A DNA stretch of 64,000 nt, taken from positions 55,213 to 119,212 of the forward strand of contig NMRA01000154.1 of the NCBI GenBank assembly GCA_002633005.1. The letters are read 5' to 3'. The translations under genes and the position numbers were made by a program. Shown here one piece after another: positions 62,228 through 64,000 of the stretch. The stretch is from Phoronis australis (taxonomy: Eukaryota; Animalia; Phoronida). The stretch's first letter is position 1; each line of letters starts with the position of its first letter. The notes under the pieces are model-generated. The model was given only the letters and a program-made list of their open reading frames with translations, was not told the origin of the DNA and searched no databases.

Positions 62228-64000
62228 CTACAGAGGAGAAGAATGAGAAATTGGCGGAGCAAATAGACTGAAGGTGTGAAAGAGTGGATTAAGTGTATGG
62301 AGGACCAAACAGACAAAAGTTATGGAAGAGCAAGCAAACTTTGACTGGCAGCAACACTGCAAGAATAAGAATGAAGCATCAAAAGGTCACACGTTACTAT
62401 CTGACCGATAGGCAACAAGTCAGTGACCACTCAATGGGTCGGAAAAATGGTCGCCAAGGTTTGCGGACCATTTCGGATTACATGCATGTACTCAGTCCAC
62501 AATCACGAGTTCAGTTTTCTGAAAAGATTTGCGGACGAATATTAGCAGAATAAATAATTAAAGTCCATCTCACACTGTAGCAGTAAGTGACCTAGGCCTA
62601 ACAACTCGACAGTTACAAACATGGAGACAACTAGATGAACTTTCTAAATTGCCAAAGAAACTATAGGAAAGTAAATCTTCATAATATAGTTCAGGTATTC
62701 TTAACAGCGTGGTGAAATTATATCAAATCACTAACCTCACAGAAACATAACTTCATTATTTAGCTAACAGCTATGTTTCCCTTTGATAAATTTTGCAAGA
62801 TATGAAGTGTTGTTGTAGATACAAAAAAACAACATTTCGTAAGTGAACACCCGGGACATTCAAACCACAAAAAGCTGAGCAACGAGAGAGTATTAAGCTG
62901 AGCAATTGAATTAAAAGTAAAGACTTTTACATCTAAATTTACAAAAACAGACAAGTACCTTACCAAACAAATATTCGAGATATTGTTTAAACTATGAGTG
63001 CACTATGTTTGATGATCTCGAGTCAAATTGATGTTATTAAGTTTGTCATATCATTTTAATTAGCTTCAATATTCTGTAAAATGAGCCATAAAAGCTGCAG
63101 TCACAAAACAAGAAATATGCATAAATGTGTGATTTTTATGTTGGCAACAGGTGTCACAGCTGTTACATATTAAAATCTTAAAACGCACACTGAAAAGCAT
63201 GAAACGGGCACAATCTCAAAAAATTAAAATGGGCATGTTCTTGTGGCACAATATTGTTAGTATTAAAATAATGACATTTATTTCGCTCAAATGTTTTTTA
63301 AAAAAGGTGAAAATCATGGAATTACAGCTCTGAAACACCAGTTTGGAATTGCACTAAGGCATGAACCCTACATATACAGTATAGTAAGGGGAAATGGAGC
63401 ATAGCCAGCTGTGGAAGAAACTTTGACAGCCAAGGTATTGGATACTAATAGTTGGTGGGCCAGATTTTGTAGGGCCTCTAGAAAATGGTTTTCGTGAGTA
63501 CTTTAGGGGGGCAATTTTATTTTGGTGTTTTTTAATTCATTTATTAGAGTGTTTTCAAAATCTAAAAAGTTCCCACATATAAAGTTGCACATTTTTGAGA
63601 AATTTGAGTTTGACGTTACCTAATAATCACCAAAGAGCTTAGTAAACGTATATTTGTTAAGACAAAAGTTTTGGTGACTTTTTTGTAAAACAAATGATAT
63701 GGTCCCATCAGTGCCATTGTATTGAACAATATTACACTCACATTACACGTTTTACTATTGTAAATTAATTGTAAACAGTGAAATTTAAAAAACGTAAAGA
63801 GACACCTAGTGGCAAAAATGCAAACTAAGTCTGAATGTTACTAGGAAGTTATTCTGGCATTGTCAGGCAACAAAAATAACACAAAACACTTGAGACTGGG
63901 CAAAATTTGTGCCTCAATGACTAAAACATTGACTAATGGTGTAAAATACAGCTTGTTTGCATAATACACCAGAAATACGTTATAGTACAAAAACAATATA

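Overview
Eukaryotic (metazoan, AT-rich, repeat-rich, probably marine invertebrate) draft-assembly DNA with single-N and N-run joins. From 48.0 to 62.2 kb on the minus strand lie 16 coding exons of NAA35/MAK10 (NatC auxiliary subunit), whose first exons are not identifiable in the window. At 37.8-43.1 kb (minus) is a tight tandem array of three two-exon paralogs that I cannot assign to a known family: signal peptide, dibasic/furin sites, one TM helix, a conserved Cys-rich cytoplasmic domain with YDG(F/L), and a CRE-like site about 40 nt upstream of each ATG. The first 37 kb has no convincing host gene. It holds minisatellites, MITEs, an L1/Tx1 3' fragment and three probable haplotype/assembly duplications. 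Main unexplained signals: (i) a Helentron/HINE-like element whose ~145-160-bp internal units each carry a CTCF-type motif (11 sites in 1.5 kb); (ii) inverted Penelope-like repeats with minimal hammerhead ribozyme motifs, one with a covariant G3:C8 core; (iii) tandem repeats built from NAA35 exon-end/splice-donor sequences.
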